Of a DNA stretch of 61,994 nucleotides, positions 8,774 through 18,238 are shown one piece after another (the stretch's first letter is position 1; each line of letters begins with the position of its first letter). This stretch comes from Chitinophagales bacterium (GTDB taxonomy: Bacteria; Bacteroidota; Bacteroidia; Chitinophagales; JADIYW01). Made by a program: the position numbers and the translations under genes. The stretch is taken from the NCBI GenBank assembly GCA_035438465.1, contig DAORIK010000002.1:1-61994 (forward strand), in the 5' to 3' direction. Below the pieces are notes generated by a model. It worked only from the letters and a program-made list of their open reading frames with translations. It did not search any database and was not told where the DNA came from.

Positions 8774-10261
8774 ATGAAATCCTGGAAATGGGAACATATA
8801 AATGAGTTGGTACAATCATTATCGGTGAATGAAAAACGGTATTTTTCATTGATGCAGAAGATGAACAGTAAAGAAAAAAATTATTTGCGTTTGTTTGAAG
8901 CCATCAATCAGCAATTAAGTCAGAAACAAATCACAGAAAAATTTGCAGAAACTAAAATCAATATCTCTTATGAGAAAAGTTATCTGACAAAGATGCTTTT
9001 AAAAAGCTTACGAAATTTTCACGAATCATCTTCTATAGATACGATTATCTATCAGGCATTATTTGATATAGAAATCTTGTTAGATAAGAAATTGTATGTA
9101 TTCTGTTTAGCTTATACAGAATATTATTTAGAACTCTGCAAAGAGTGCGAACTTTATGAGTTTCAGCTTTTACTATTGAAAGGAAAAAGAAGATGCATTC
9201 TACGAATGGGCAATGCAGATGCCTACGCTGCAAATAATAGCATAGAGGCTGCAATAGAAAAAGATTGTCTTCAAAAACTGGAAAATATAAATACATTTAA
9301 GGCATTGCATCAACAAACACATCAAATTCTAAACCGTAAAGAAGGATTGATGAATGCAGAAGACAAAGCAATGCTTACAAAAATAGTAGAGAATAAAATT
9401 CTAAACGATATCAATAACGCACATTCATTTTTAGCAAAGATGATGTTCTATGATATTAAAATATGGTATTATTCTAATGCCGTAAAAAATCATACAACGG
9501 CTTATGAATATTCTGTAAAGAAAATTGAGCTCTTAGAAACCAATACTTTCGTGCTTAAATCATCACCGCTGACGTATATGTCTGTATATGCCAATCACTA
9601 CATCCGTACCTATGCACTGGGGAAAATAGATGAATTACCAAATGTTATAGCAAAAATAGATTTGATTGCCAACAGCAAAAGTCCGTTTATTTCGCAAGAT
9701 ATAAAGAACGAGGCTTTTTCACACAGTTCAGAAAAAATATTAGACTACTGTGTGGCTACCTTAGATTTTACTAATGGTGTGCGTTATTTTATGCTGAATA
9801 AAAAAAGAATGAAACAGCAGAATTTTAAGCTCAATGCATTTTTTTATATGACACAACATTACTTTGTCGCTTACTTCTATTTTCATTTGAAAGAATATAA
9901 AAATGCTATCAAACATATAAAAATAACATTGGATGATTTTAAACCGGAAACAAGATTACTAACGTATATGTGCGCAAAGATGCTTAATATCTTAATTCAA
10001 TTTGAACTAAATAATTTTGAGCTGATTCCTTATTTATTAAAATCTACCGAACGCTTATTAAAATTAAATCAGATAGAGTATCAGTCATTTTTTTTAACGG
10101 ATGCATTATTAAAAAAGATAACACCAACTACTTCTAAAAAAGAAAAGAAAGATTTATTTGCAAACTACATATCGCAGCTAAACAACCTAACAGACACCAG
10201 TGATATTGCTTTTGCAAATGATATCGGTTTATTTTTCTGGGCTCAAGGGAAACTGAAATAA
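8774..10261 (+). CDS. Cytoplasmic all-helical (TPR-like) hypothetical protein
   Basis: Likely ATG at 8774 after an A-rich leader (the ORF-track start 8624 overlaps ftsH and its terminator). LVQSLSVNEKRYF...KNYLRLFEAI N-terminus; no signal peptide. Confidence 0.65.
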   Translation: MKSWKWEHINELVQSLSVNEKRYFSLMQKMNSKEKNYLRLFEAINQQLSQKQITEKFAETKINISYEKSYLTKMLLKSLRNFHESSSIDTIIYQALFDIEILLDKKLYVFCLAYTEYYLELCKECELYEFQLLLLKGKRRCILRMGNADAYAANNSIEAAIEKDCLQKLENINTFKALHQQTHQILNRKEGLMNAEDKAMLTKIVENKILNDINNAHSFLAKMMFYDIKIWYYSNAVKNHTTAYEYSVKKIELLETNTFVLKSSPLTYMSVYANHYIRTYALGKIDELPNVIAKIDLIANSKSPFISQDIKNEAFSHSSEKILDYCVATLDFTNGVRYFMLNKKRMKQQNFKLNAFFYMTQHYFVAYFYFHLKEYKNAIKHIKITLDDFKPETRLLTYMCAKMLNILIQFELNNFELIPYLLKSTERLLKLNQIEYQSFFLTDALLKKITPTTSKKEKKDLFANYISQLNNLTDTSDIAFANDIGLFFWAQGKLK

Positions 10262-10417
10262 ACAGCTTTCCGCTTCATTTTGACTCGTTCGGAATCCTAT
10301 TTTTATATTTTTCAATCTATTTATAATCAATTACTTGCGGAATAATTTTTTGACAAGCTACTAGAATTATTACTAAAAAACCCTTTTAAAATGATTTTTG
10401 CAAACTGCATACAATCC

Positions 10418-10425
10418 TAATTTTG
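10418..10425 (+). promoter_or_regulatory. -7 promoter box (TAATTTTG)
   Basis: TAnnTTTG match with TTTG at 10397-10400. Confidence 0.55.
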
Positions 10426-10444
10426 TATCCATAAAAATTATGTC

Positions 10445-11575
10445 ATGGGAAAAAAATCAGTACTTATCATTCTTTTGAGTTTTATTTTTACGCAACATAT
10501 CAATGCGCAATTTGGTTTAGGAAAAGCCATAAAAAATAAAGTTGATCAAAAAAAAGAACCGGAACAAAAATCCAGCACACCAGCGCCTAAGGCAGAAGAA
10601 CCTAAAAAAGAACTAACACCGGAAGAAAAAGAAGCCGAACTCAGAAAAATAAAATTTTTCGCAAAAGGTATGGAAGATGCTGCATTAGAACAAGAATGTA
10701 TTAAAGCAATTTCCAGAACTCCTGATTTTTTTGACCTGGACAATATGAATCAATTAGCACTACTACATATCACTTCTTTTGATTGGGTCGTAAAGAAAGA
10801 TAATTATGGTTCTATTGATAATAAACAAATTATGGTTTGTATGGGTATAAAAAAAGATGGAAAATGCTATCGTAAAGAATTTTATTTCAAGAAAAATTAT
10901 ATGGGTGGCGGTCAGTATTCAGAAACGCTGCAAGGCACCATACCAACGATGTTAGATTATAAAAAAGAAATGTCTTGCGTAGTACTCGATTCATTAATGC
11001 AGATACAAGCTGCCAAATCAAAACCTGCTGCAACAACTAAACCGGCTTCTACTGTAAATAGTTTATCGGCAAAATCAACAACAACTACAACAAAACCAGC
11101 AACAACTACAACTACTGCAAAAAGTGCAAACACAACAGCATCTTCAACAACTACAAAACCAAGTGTTCTTTCTACCATGCCTACACAAGTAGTAAGTTTA
11201 TCTGCAATAGGTATTAATGCAATTATGACAGTACCAAAAGGCACTACTGTAAGAAAAGAAGGCGAATTCAGAATTATTGGCAACGACAAAGTAGAGATAC
11301 AAGCCGAAGTAACTACATTGACTTTAACGGAAATGAAAAACGATGTAAAAACAAACGACCTGTATAACGGCACCGGAAAAATTGTATCATCCAATGCGAA
11401 CGGATTTATCTTTACATGTATAGAAGATGAAGAAGAAGGCAAATGGGCGCATCTTGAATTCTTTAAAACCATTGGCGGAAAAAAATATCGTTTCATAGAT
11501 AATCGCTTAACTGAAGAGCCTTATACAGTTGAAGATCTTCAGCCATTTTTGGAAGCATTGAATACGTTACCATAA
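10445..11575 (+). CDS. Secreted two-domain hypothetical protein with Thr/Ala/Lys/Pro-rich linker
   Basis: Signal peptide INA|QF; low-complexity linker KPAATTKPAS...TTTTK. Confidence 0.75.
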   Translation: MGKKSVLIILLSFIFTQHINAQFGLGKAIKNKVDQKKEPEQKSSTPAPKAEEPKKELTPEEKEAELRKIKFFAKGMEDAALEQECIKAISRTPDFFDLDNMNQLALLHITSFDWVVKKDNYGSIDNKQIMVCMGIKKDGKCYRKEFYFKKNYMGGGQYSETLQGTIPTMLDYKKEMSCVVLDSLMQIQAAKSKPAATTKPASTVNSLSAKSTTTTTKPATTTTTAKSANTTASSTTTKPSVLSTMPTQVVSLSAIGINAIMTVPKGTTVRKEGEFRIIGNDKVEIQAEVTTLTLTEMKNDVKTNDLYNGTGKIVSSNANGFIFTCIEDEEEGKWAHLEFFKTIGGKKYRFIDNRLTEEPYTVEDLQPFLEALNTLP

Positions 11576-11602
11576 AAAATCAAAACCATAGGATCTTTTT
11601 AC

Positions 11603-11635
11603 AAAGCGGTGTCTTATGACATCGCTTTATTTTTC
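11603..11635 (+). terminator. Intrinsic terminator
   Basis: AAAGCGGTGTC-ttat-GACATCGCTTT hairpin followed by T-rich sequence. Confidence 0.8.
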
Positions 11636-11643
11636 ATTTTGTT

Positions 11644-12480
11644 TTGTTATTTTTAGATATGCATCGACATAACATTCTAAAAATATATGCAATCGCATTT
11701 ACTGCGACACTCTTATTGTTGTTTCTTTTTATCTATTTAAATCATCATTTTGATGGCACTTATTGGCAAACAATGCAGCAAAGCAAATCTGCATTAACTG
11801 CTGAATATTGCGAGCTTGACCAGTCTACACATTTCTTTAGACAAACGATAAATACTTATTCCAACCTGATGTATTTTTTCCTTGGGATGATTTCTTTTCT
11901 TATTGGGCTTTATGATAGAAAAAATTATCTGGTAAGCAATCAAAATCCAATACAACAATTTCCTTCGATTTCTATTTTATTTGGCTGTTGTTTAATGTAT
12001 TTATGTTTTGGCAGTGCGTTCTTTCATGCGTCCCTTACTTGGATTGGGCAACGTGTTGACATGAATGGCACCTATAGTATTTGTATTTCGCTAATTGGAA
12101 TTAGTTTTTATAGATTAGTTAAAATAGAAAAACCAAGTGCAATTTTTCAGCTGCTTTTTATTGTTTTTTTGGTATTAACTATTATGTTGTTTATTGAGAT
12201 ACACCTATTAATTAGCAGTATAATTTTATTGCCATTTTTAATTTTATTAACTACGATTTTCACAATAATAAATTATCTACGCAACAGAAACAACTTTAAT
12301 ATTCAATTAGCAATTTTAAGTTTACTGCTGATGATAAGTGCGTTTATATTGCGTACTATTGATGTAAAAAAAATTGCGTGCAACCCAACCTCCATTTACC
12401 AAGGCCATGCGTTGTGGCATTTTTTTACCGGTATGAGTGCCTTTATGTTGTATTGGTTTTACAGAAGCGAGAAAGCATAA
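11644..12480 (+). CDS. CREST-superfamily membrane hydrolase (alkaline ceramidase-like); ATG at 11659 is the more likely start
   Basis: About 7 TM segments; YCE...NTYSNL, SAFFH (SxxxH), D one helix turn downstream, HALWH (HxxWH). Confidence 0.8.
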   Translation: MLFLDMHRHNILKIYAIAFTATLLLLFLFIYLNHHFDGTYWQTMQQSKSALTAEYCELDQSTHFFRQTINTYSNLMYFFLGMISFLIGLYDRKNYLVSNQNPIQQFPSISILFGCCLMYLCFGSAFFHASLTWIGQRVDMNGTYSICISLIGISFYRLVKIEKPSAIFQLLFIVFLVLTIMLFIEIHLLISSIILLPFLILLTTIFTIINYLRNRNNFNIQLAILSLLLMISAFILRTIDVKKIACNPTSIYQGHALWHFFTGMSAFMLYWFYRSEKA

Positions 12481-13620
12481 CTACTTACAGTCACCTTTGT
12501 CTTTTATTTTCTGATAAAAATTTTCGTATTGTGGAAGAATATTGGAGATGTCGAATTTCTGTGCTTGTGCAAATGCGTTCTTTTTAAACTGTGCTAATTT
12601 ATCTTCGTCCTTCAACAGCTCTAATGTTTTAGTTGCCATGCCTTGCACATCACCAACATTTAATAGAAAGCCGGTAACACCTTCAATATTTACTTCAGGA
12701 ATACCACCAGCATTACTCGACACCACAGGCACTTCACAAGCCATTGCTTCCAATGCTGCCAACCCAAAACTTTCACTTTCTGACGGTAATAAAAATACAT
12801 CGGCAACCGCTAATAATTCTTCTACGGCTTCCTGTTTCCCCAGAAAACGCACATCCATCGTGGTACACAAACTGCGTGCCAGCGTCTCTGCATGTTGCCG
12901 TTCGGGGCCATCTCCTATCATCAATAGTTTTGATGGAATCTCTTTTGATACTTTGCAAAAAACATTAATTACATCTTCTACTCTTTTTACTTTTCTGAAA
13001 TTAGAAGTATGCAATAAAATTTTTTCGCCGTTTGGTGAAATTGCTTTTTTAAAATGTTCTTTATTCGTTTTTTTAAATCGAGAAAAATCGATGAAATTCG
13101 GAATCACCTCTATCTCATTTTTTATGTCGAAATGTGCAAAGGTATCTTGTCGTAAACTTTCAGAAACAGCTGTCACCCCACATGATTGATTGATGGAATA
13201 TGTAACCACAGGCTCATACGTTGCATCACGACCAACTAAAGTGATATCAGTACCATGCAACGTGGTAATTACAGGAACGCTGATACCCTTTTGCAATAAA
13301 ATTTGTCGCGCCATAAACGCAGCAGAAGCATGCGGGATGGCATAATGTACATGAAAGATATCCAGTTTGGCGTTGATGGCCACATCCACTAATTTACTTG
13401 CCAGCGCAGTCTCGTATGGTGCATAATCAAACAATGGATAATCATTTAAACGCACTTCATGAAAAAAAATATTTTCATTAAATGTATCCAATAAACGCGC
13501 GGGTTCTTTGTAGGTAATAAAATGCACCTTATGTCCTTTTTGTGCCAAACCTTTTCCTAATTCAGTAGCGATAACACCGCTGCCGCCAAAAGTAGGATAA
13601 CAAACAATTCCAATATTCAT
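12481..13620 (-). CDS. bshA: N-acetyl-alpha-D-glucosaminyl L-malate synthase (bacillithiol biosynthesis, GT4)
   Basis: MNIGIVCYPTFGGSG, HVHYAIPH, TLHGTDITLVG, SNFRKVKR, ESFGLAALEAMA; start trimmed to 13620. Confidence 0.93.
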   Translation of the reverse strand: MNIGIVCYPTFGGSGVIATELGKGLAQKGHKVHFITYKEPARLLDTFNENIFFHEVRLNDYPLFDYAPYETALASKLVDVAINAKLDIFHVHYAIPHASAAFMARQILLQKGISVPVITTLHGTDITLVGRDATYEPVVTYSINQSCGVTAVSESLRQDTFAHFDIKNEIEVIPNFIDFSRFKKTNKEHFKKAISPNGEKILLHTSNFRKVKRVEDVINVFCKVSKEIPSKLLMIGDGPERQHAETLARSLCTTMDVRFLGKQEAVEELLAVADVFLLPSESESFGLAALEAMACEVPVVSSNAGGIPEVNIEGVTGFLLNVGDVQGMATKTLELLKDEDKLAQFKKNAFAQAQKFDISNILPQYENFYQKIKDKGDCK

Positions 13621-13632
13621 AGCAATGCAAAT

Positions 13633-13664
13633 GTAGTAATGTAATAATGAAATAATGAAACAAT
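13633..13664. repeat. 4 x degenerate 8-mer tract upstream of bshA
   Basis: GTAGTAAT GTAATAAT GAAATAAT GAAACAAT. Confidence 0.65.
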
Positions 13665-13701
13665 AGTTCATTATTTATTGCGGCTTTAAAAACGGTAAAC
13701 T

Positions 13702-14466
13702 CTATTTATGCGCAATTATTAATTTCAATGCACAGGTAAAAGTTGGCTGTGTTCTGTAGTGTCCGTATTTTTTATCCCATTCACCTGATGCTAAATCATC
13801 AGATAATCTTTGCACCAAAATATCTTCCATTCCATCTTCTAAAAAACTCCAGGCAGATTGCGCTTTGCGAACTTCTTTTTCCAAAAAGGCTTCCGGTCTT
13901 CCATAAAATGCTTCCTGAAAACCATCTACACAATCGAATGGAATTGGAATTGATTTTACTTCGCAATTCCCACCAAGTGTATTCAAAATAAAATCAATGG
14001 ACGGATAGCGTGCTTTTTCAACAGCAATTAATTCAGGAAAATAATGTGCATTCCAAAAATTATCGAGTGCATCGGGATCAAAGGTCATTAACAGCATCTG
14101 ATTTTTTGTTACACGTCTTAATTCTTTCAATCCTTTTTGGATATCCGGCCAGTGATGTACCGTAACCATTGCCATAGATGCATCAAATGCATTGTCATCA
14201 AAAGGCAATGCATCTGCAGTGCCAATAATCGCAGGTGTTTTCCCATTAATTATGCGTTGCGTGCGCATTACTGCTGATGGTTCTACTGCTACGACATACT
14301 TATCTGCCGGTTCATAAGAACCCGCCCCTGCGCCTACGTTTAAAATAGTCCCTGCATCAGCTAATGCATCATACACATATGCTGCAATCCTTGGGTCTGT
14401 TTGACGATATCCTGAATATTGCTGGCCGTATTTATCGTAATTGAATGCAGGATTTTCGATTTGCAT
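13702..14466 (-). CDS. Class I SAM-dependent methyltransferase
   Basis: LNVGAGAG motif I, AVEPS, LPFDDNAFD, TVHHW. Confidence 0.9.
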   Translation of the reverse strand: MQIENPAFNYDKYGQQYSGYRQTDPRIAAYVYDALADAGTILNVGAGAGSYEPADKYVVAVEPSAVMRTQRIINGKTPAIIGTADALPFDDNAFDASMAMVTVHHWPDIQKGLKELRRVTKNQMLLMTFDPDALDNFWNAHYFPELIAVEKARYPSIDFILNTLGGNCEVKSIPIPFDCVDGFQEAFYGRPEAFLEKEVRKAQSAWSFLEDGMEDILVQRLSDDLASGEWDKKYGHYRTQPTFTCALKLIIAHK

Positions 14467-14471
14467 ATAAA

Positions 14472-16490
14472 TTATTTCAACTGTTCATTCATCTTCAAGC
14501 CACATTCTAAAAATGAAATATAGTTTTCTTTGCTTTTAGAAAAATCATACGCCACCGGCTGATTGAGTAACTGTTCCTTTGTGTTAATTAGTATATACTG
14601 AGGCTGAGAATTGGTTTTAAAATATTTTGCCTGAAAGTCACTCCATTTTTGCCCCACTGTTTTTACTTCACGTTCCTTACCTGTTGCATTAGAAGTGTAC
14701 CATTCTGTTTGTGGCAATGCTTTTCTGTCATCTACATACAACGAAATGATGACGTACTTTTTCAATACATCTGTAACCATCTCATCACTCCATACATTGT
14801 CTTCTATCTTTCTGCAATTTACACAACCAAAACCTGTGAAATCTAACAATACCGGCATATTATTTTCTTTCGCATACTTCATTCCTTCTTTATAATCCTT
14901 AAAATGAATAAATGGTTCTTCGTTCTTTGTTTTAAAATTATAAGATGTTGGAGGAACTATTCCGCTTAAGAGTTTAACTGATTTATAACTAAGCAATGCA
15001 TACACCAGATACATTGTAAACAATAGAGTTCCCAATCCCATTGCCTTAACAATTTTAGTGGGTTTGCTTTTGAAAAAGATACCCAGACAATAGAATGACA
15101 TAACTCCAAAAATCAATATCCAAACCATCATAAACGGTTCGAAGCGGAGTATGCCCCAATTCATTGTCATATCTGCTGTTGATAAAAATTTAAATGCTAA
15201 CGCAAGTTCAATAAATCCCAAAATAACCTTTACTGTGGTTAACCAGCCTCCGGATTTTGGTAAAGAATGCAGCCATTGCGGAAACATAGCAAACAGTGTA
15301 AACGGCAATGCCAGTGCAATACCAAATCCTAACAGACCAATAAATAAAGAGGACCCGCCTACAACTAACAATGTTCCGATAATCGGGCCTGTACAGGAGA
15401 AGGAAACCAATGCAAGTGTAAATGCCATGAAAAAGATACCGATATTTCCACCTTTACTTGCCAGTGTATCTGATTTATTTGCCCATGAAGAAGGCAATGT
15501 TATTTCAAACAAGCCAAAAAATGACAAAGCAAATATGACAAACACCACAAAGAACAACAGATTGAACCAAACATTTGTACTCATTGCATTTAAGGCATCG
15601 GAGCCGAAGATACTCGTGATAATTAAACCTAATGAAACATAAATAATAATGATAGATGCACCATACATCAATGCTTTTGAGATTCCCGCTTTCTGATCTT
15701 TTCCTCCTTTTGTAAAAAAACTGACAGTAAGTGGAACCATTGGAAAGACACATGGTGTAAGCAATGCAAATAATCCTCCTAAAAATCCGGCTATAAAAAT
15801 CCAAAACCAACTTTTGCTTTCCGTTTGTGCATCTACACTGCAAGCATTTTTCGCAAACTGCCAATCAAAATTAATGATTGAATGGTTCAGTTGTTGAATG
15901 GTTGAATGTGTAGAATCATCAATTGATGACGTTGTTTTTAATGTAGAATCCTGAATCTTGGTTCCTGAATCTTGATTTTTTACCCCATCAAATGTAATGG
16001 CAAATTTTTCCGGACCGAATGGCATACAGCCGACTTCATCTTTACAAACCTGACCGTCAAACTCTCCTTTTAATATAGCTTTCGGGTTTTTAATTCTTAC
16101 CTTTTGAACGAATATGGCATCACTTACAAAAGAAGTAACATCAACGCCAAATAATTCATCAAAGACGGTTTTCTTTTTCCCAAGTTCTTCTACTTTTCCA
16201 ATAAGTTCAATGTCTTTATTTTTTTCAAACCGAAATTGAGTTGGTAACGGTCCACCTTCTTTTGTAAATTGTGAATAGGTATGCCACTCATCTTCTAATG
16301 AACAAATAAATTTCAACTTGTATTCTGTTTCTGAAATTTTTTCAACTTCACTTTTCCAAGTGAGGTGTTGTTCAAATTGCGCGTTTGATTTTAGAGGAAT
16401 AAAGAGTAAGGAAAAAAGAACAAACAATGAAATTATCCTTTTCAAATTTTCTATTGACCTTTGACTAATAACCATTGACTTACTATGCAT
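14472..16490 (-). CDS. dsbD: Thiol:disulfide interchange protein DsbD (N-domain, TM domain, thioredoxin); in-frame TTG at 16445 gives a cleaner signal peptide
   Basis: WHTYS, C....GC in the N-domain; LTPCVFPM and FSCTGP TM cysteines; GCVNCR thioredoxin CxxC. Confidence 0.93.
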   Translation of the reverse strand: MHSKSMVISQRSIENLKRIISLFVLFSLLFIPLKSNAQFEQHLTWKSEVEKISETEYKLKFICSLEDEWHTYSQFTKEGGPLPTQFRFEKNKDIELIGKVEELGKKKTVFDELFGVDVTSFVSDAIFVQKVRIKNPKAILKGEFDGQVCKDEVGCMPFGPEKFAITFDGVKNQDSGTKIQDSTLKTTSSIDDSTHSTIQQLNHSIINFDWQFAKNACSVDAQTESKSWFWIFIAGFLGGLFALLTPCVFPMVPLTVSFFTKGGKDQKAGISKALMYGASIIIIYVSLGLIITSIFGSDALNAMSTNVWFNLLFFVVFVIFALSFFGLFEITLPSSWANKSDTLASKGGNIGIFFMAFTLALVSFSCTGPIIGTLLVVGGSSLFIGLLGFGIALALPFTLFAMFPQWLHSLPKSGGWLTTVKVILGFIELALAFKFLSTADMTMNWGILRFEPFMMVWILIFGVMSFYCLGIFFKSKPTKIVKAMGLGTLLFTMYLVYALLSYKSVKLLSGIVPPTSYNFKTKNEEPFIHFKDYKEGMKYAKENNMPVLLDFTGFGCVNCRKIEDNVWSDEMVTDVLKKYVIISLYVDDRKALPQTEWYTSNATGKEREVKTVGQKWSDFQAKYFKTNSQPQYILINTKEQLLNQPVAYDFSKSKENYISFLECGLKMNEQLK
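15877..15973. repeat. Two repeat tracts in the DsbD linker: 4 x 8-mer (15877-15908) and 4 x 7-mer (15946-15973)
   Basis: ATTGAATG GTTCAGTT GTTGAATG GTTGAATG; GAATCCT GAATCTT GGTTCCT GAATCTT. Confidence 0.7.
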
Positions 16491-17184
16491 TTACCAAATT
16501 CAAGAGCGACTCGAATAATTTTCTGCCGTCTGTGTTTCCTAATATTTCTTCTGATGAACGTTCAGGATGCGGCATCATGCCAAATACATTTCTGCCTGCA
16601 TTGCAAATTCCCGCGATATTTTCTATAGAACCATTCGGATTAGATGAATCATTAATATTTCCATCCGCATCACAGTATTTAAACAAAATCTGATCGTTTT
16701 GGTTCAGGGTCTTCAGGGTTTGTTCATCTGCATAATATCGTCCTTCGCCGTGTGCAATCGGTATATTTAATGGTTGATTTAAATCTAAGCTCCTAGTGAT
16801 GGCACTATTGTTGGTTTGTGGCAACAAGTATTGATTCTGGCAAATAAATTTTTGATGGTCATTCATCAGCAGTGCACCCGGTAATAAATGACTCTCGCAT
16901 AATACCTGAAATCCATTGCAGATTCCAAATACATAACCGCCATTATTGGCATGTTCGATTACTTTTTCCATAATCGGAGAAAAGCGCGCAATAGCTCCGC
17001 ATCGCAAATAATCACCATACGAAAAACCACCGGGAATCATAATACAATCTTGTGTAGTTAAATCCTGTAATGAAGTGTCTTTATGCCATAAAATGCGCGT
17101 CTCGCATTGCATTACGTTTTGACAGACATGTATAATATCTGCATCGCAATTAGAACCAGGGAAAACAACAACACCAAATTTCAT
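16483..17184 (-). CDS. purQ: Phosphoribosylformylglycinamidine synthase subunit PurQ
   Basis: FPGSNCD, PGGFSYGDYLR, GICNGFQ, MMPHPER. Confidence 0.97.
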   Translation of the reverse strand: MKFGVVVFPGSNCDADIIHVCQNVMQCETRILWHKDTSLQDLTTQDCIMIPGGFSYGDYLRCGAIARFSPIMEKVIEHANNGGYVFGICNGFQVLCESHLLPGALLMNDHQKFICQNQYLLPQTNNSAITRSLDLNQPLNIPIAHGEGRYYADEQTLKTLNQNDQILFKYCDADGNINDSSNPNGSIENIAGICNAGRNVFGMMPHPERSSEEILGNTDGRKLFESLLNLVNA

Positions 17185-17234
17185 TTTATATAATATTATG
17201 AAGTGATTATTTAGTAGTAAAAGATTGTACGAAA

Positions 17235-18209
17235 TTATTTAAAAATCCTTACAATGTTTGTAATAAATGTTACCAATACAAAGATAACATTCAGTATTTC
17301 GCCTAAACGTTTTTTACGAATTCTTAACATAAACAAAGTAAGGAAAGTACTTACCGGAATAAATAGTATTGAAAAAACGGCTTCGTCAAGGTGGCCACTG
17401 AACGTAACTGTTATCACCATGCCGATGAAAAAGAAAATCAGCATATTCAAATTTTTTCTTCTTTTAAAGCCTGTTGAATACATAATACCCCGTAGGCTGA
17501 CAAATGAAAACAAGACATAAATCGCTGTCAGGAAAAAATTGATGGCATTAAAAGTATTTTTATGAAAATGAAAAATAGAATAATTTGCTATAGAGAAGAT
17601 ATTTACGGACACAGGTATATCCAGAATATAACTAATACCGGTTGACATATACAGAGGAAACAGAATACCAAAAAGCAACATCAGGTATTCATTAAAACGG
17701 AATGGCTTAATGGCATATAGAATTAGAAATAAGAAGGGAACAAAAACAATAAAATGAATATTAAAGACAATTAAAGCCCCTGCTAGAAATCCTGCATTAA
17801 AACATTCAATCTTTGCACTTTCTTTTATCGTTATCAATAAAAAAATCTGAAATAGTCCTAATAAAATAAAAAGCAGAAGGATATATATACTGAACACATT
17901 AAACGGTGGAATTAGTGACGTAACTAATGTGTAATACAATGCAGGTATCATACTGCTGCCTTCGTGATAATCTGCTTTGTGGAATAAATAGTTGAACCAA
18001 ATTGCCTGCAAGAATAAACAAACCTGTGCGAGCAACATATTAAGAGTGAAACTACCGTTAAGCAATAGTCCAATGGAACTCCATAAATTATGTACATGTG
18101 CTATTGCTGAAAGATTACCTGTAAGAAAGAACGGAATCTTAAGAATTATAAAAAGAAGAATAAAAACTAAAACGGTAACGGGTTGTTGTGATTTAAAGTA
18201 TGAAAGCAT
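17235..18209 (-). CDS. Polytopic membrane protein (DUF6427-like)
   Basis: About 9 hydrophobic segments; family name from recollection only. Confidence 0.6.
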   Translation of the reverse strand: MLSYFKSQQPVTVLVFILLFIILKIPFFLTGNLSAIAHVHNLWSSIGLLLNGSFTLNMLLAQVCLFLQAIWFNYLFHKADYHEGSSMIPALYYTLVTSLIPPFNVFSIYILLLFILLGLFQIFLLITIKESAKIECFNAGFLAGALIVFNIHFIVFVPFLFLILYAIKPFRFNEYLMLLFGILFPLYMSTGISYILDIPVSVNIFSIANYSIFHFHKNTFNAINFFLTAIYVLFSFVSLRGIMYSTGFKRRKNLNMLIFFFIGMVITVTFSGHLDEAVFSILFIPVSTFLTLFMLRIRKKRLGEILNVIFVLVTFITNIVRIFK

Positions 18210-18238
18210 AGCAAAAATGTACGATGTACAATTTAAGT

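Noticed and set aside
2662-10331. Shared ATTGATTAT motif upstream of two secreted-protein genes (2662-2670 and, inverted, 10323-10331)
   Set aside because: An AT-rich 9-mer is expected a few times by chance in 62 kb of this composition; needs genome-wide enrichment testing.
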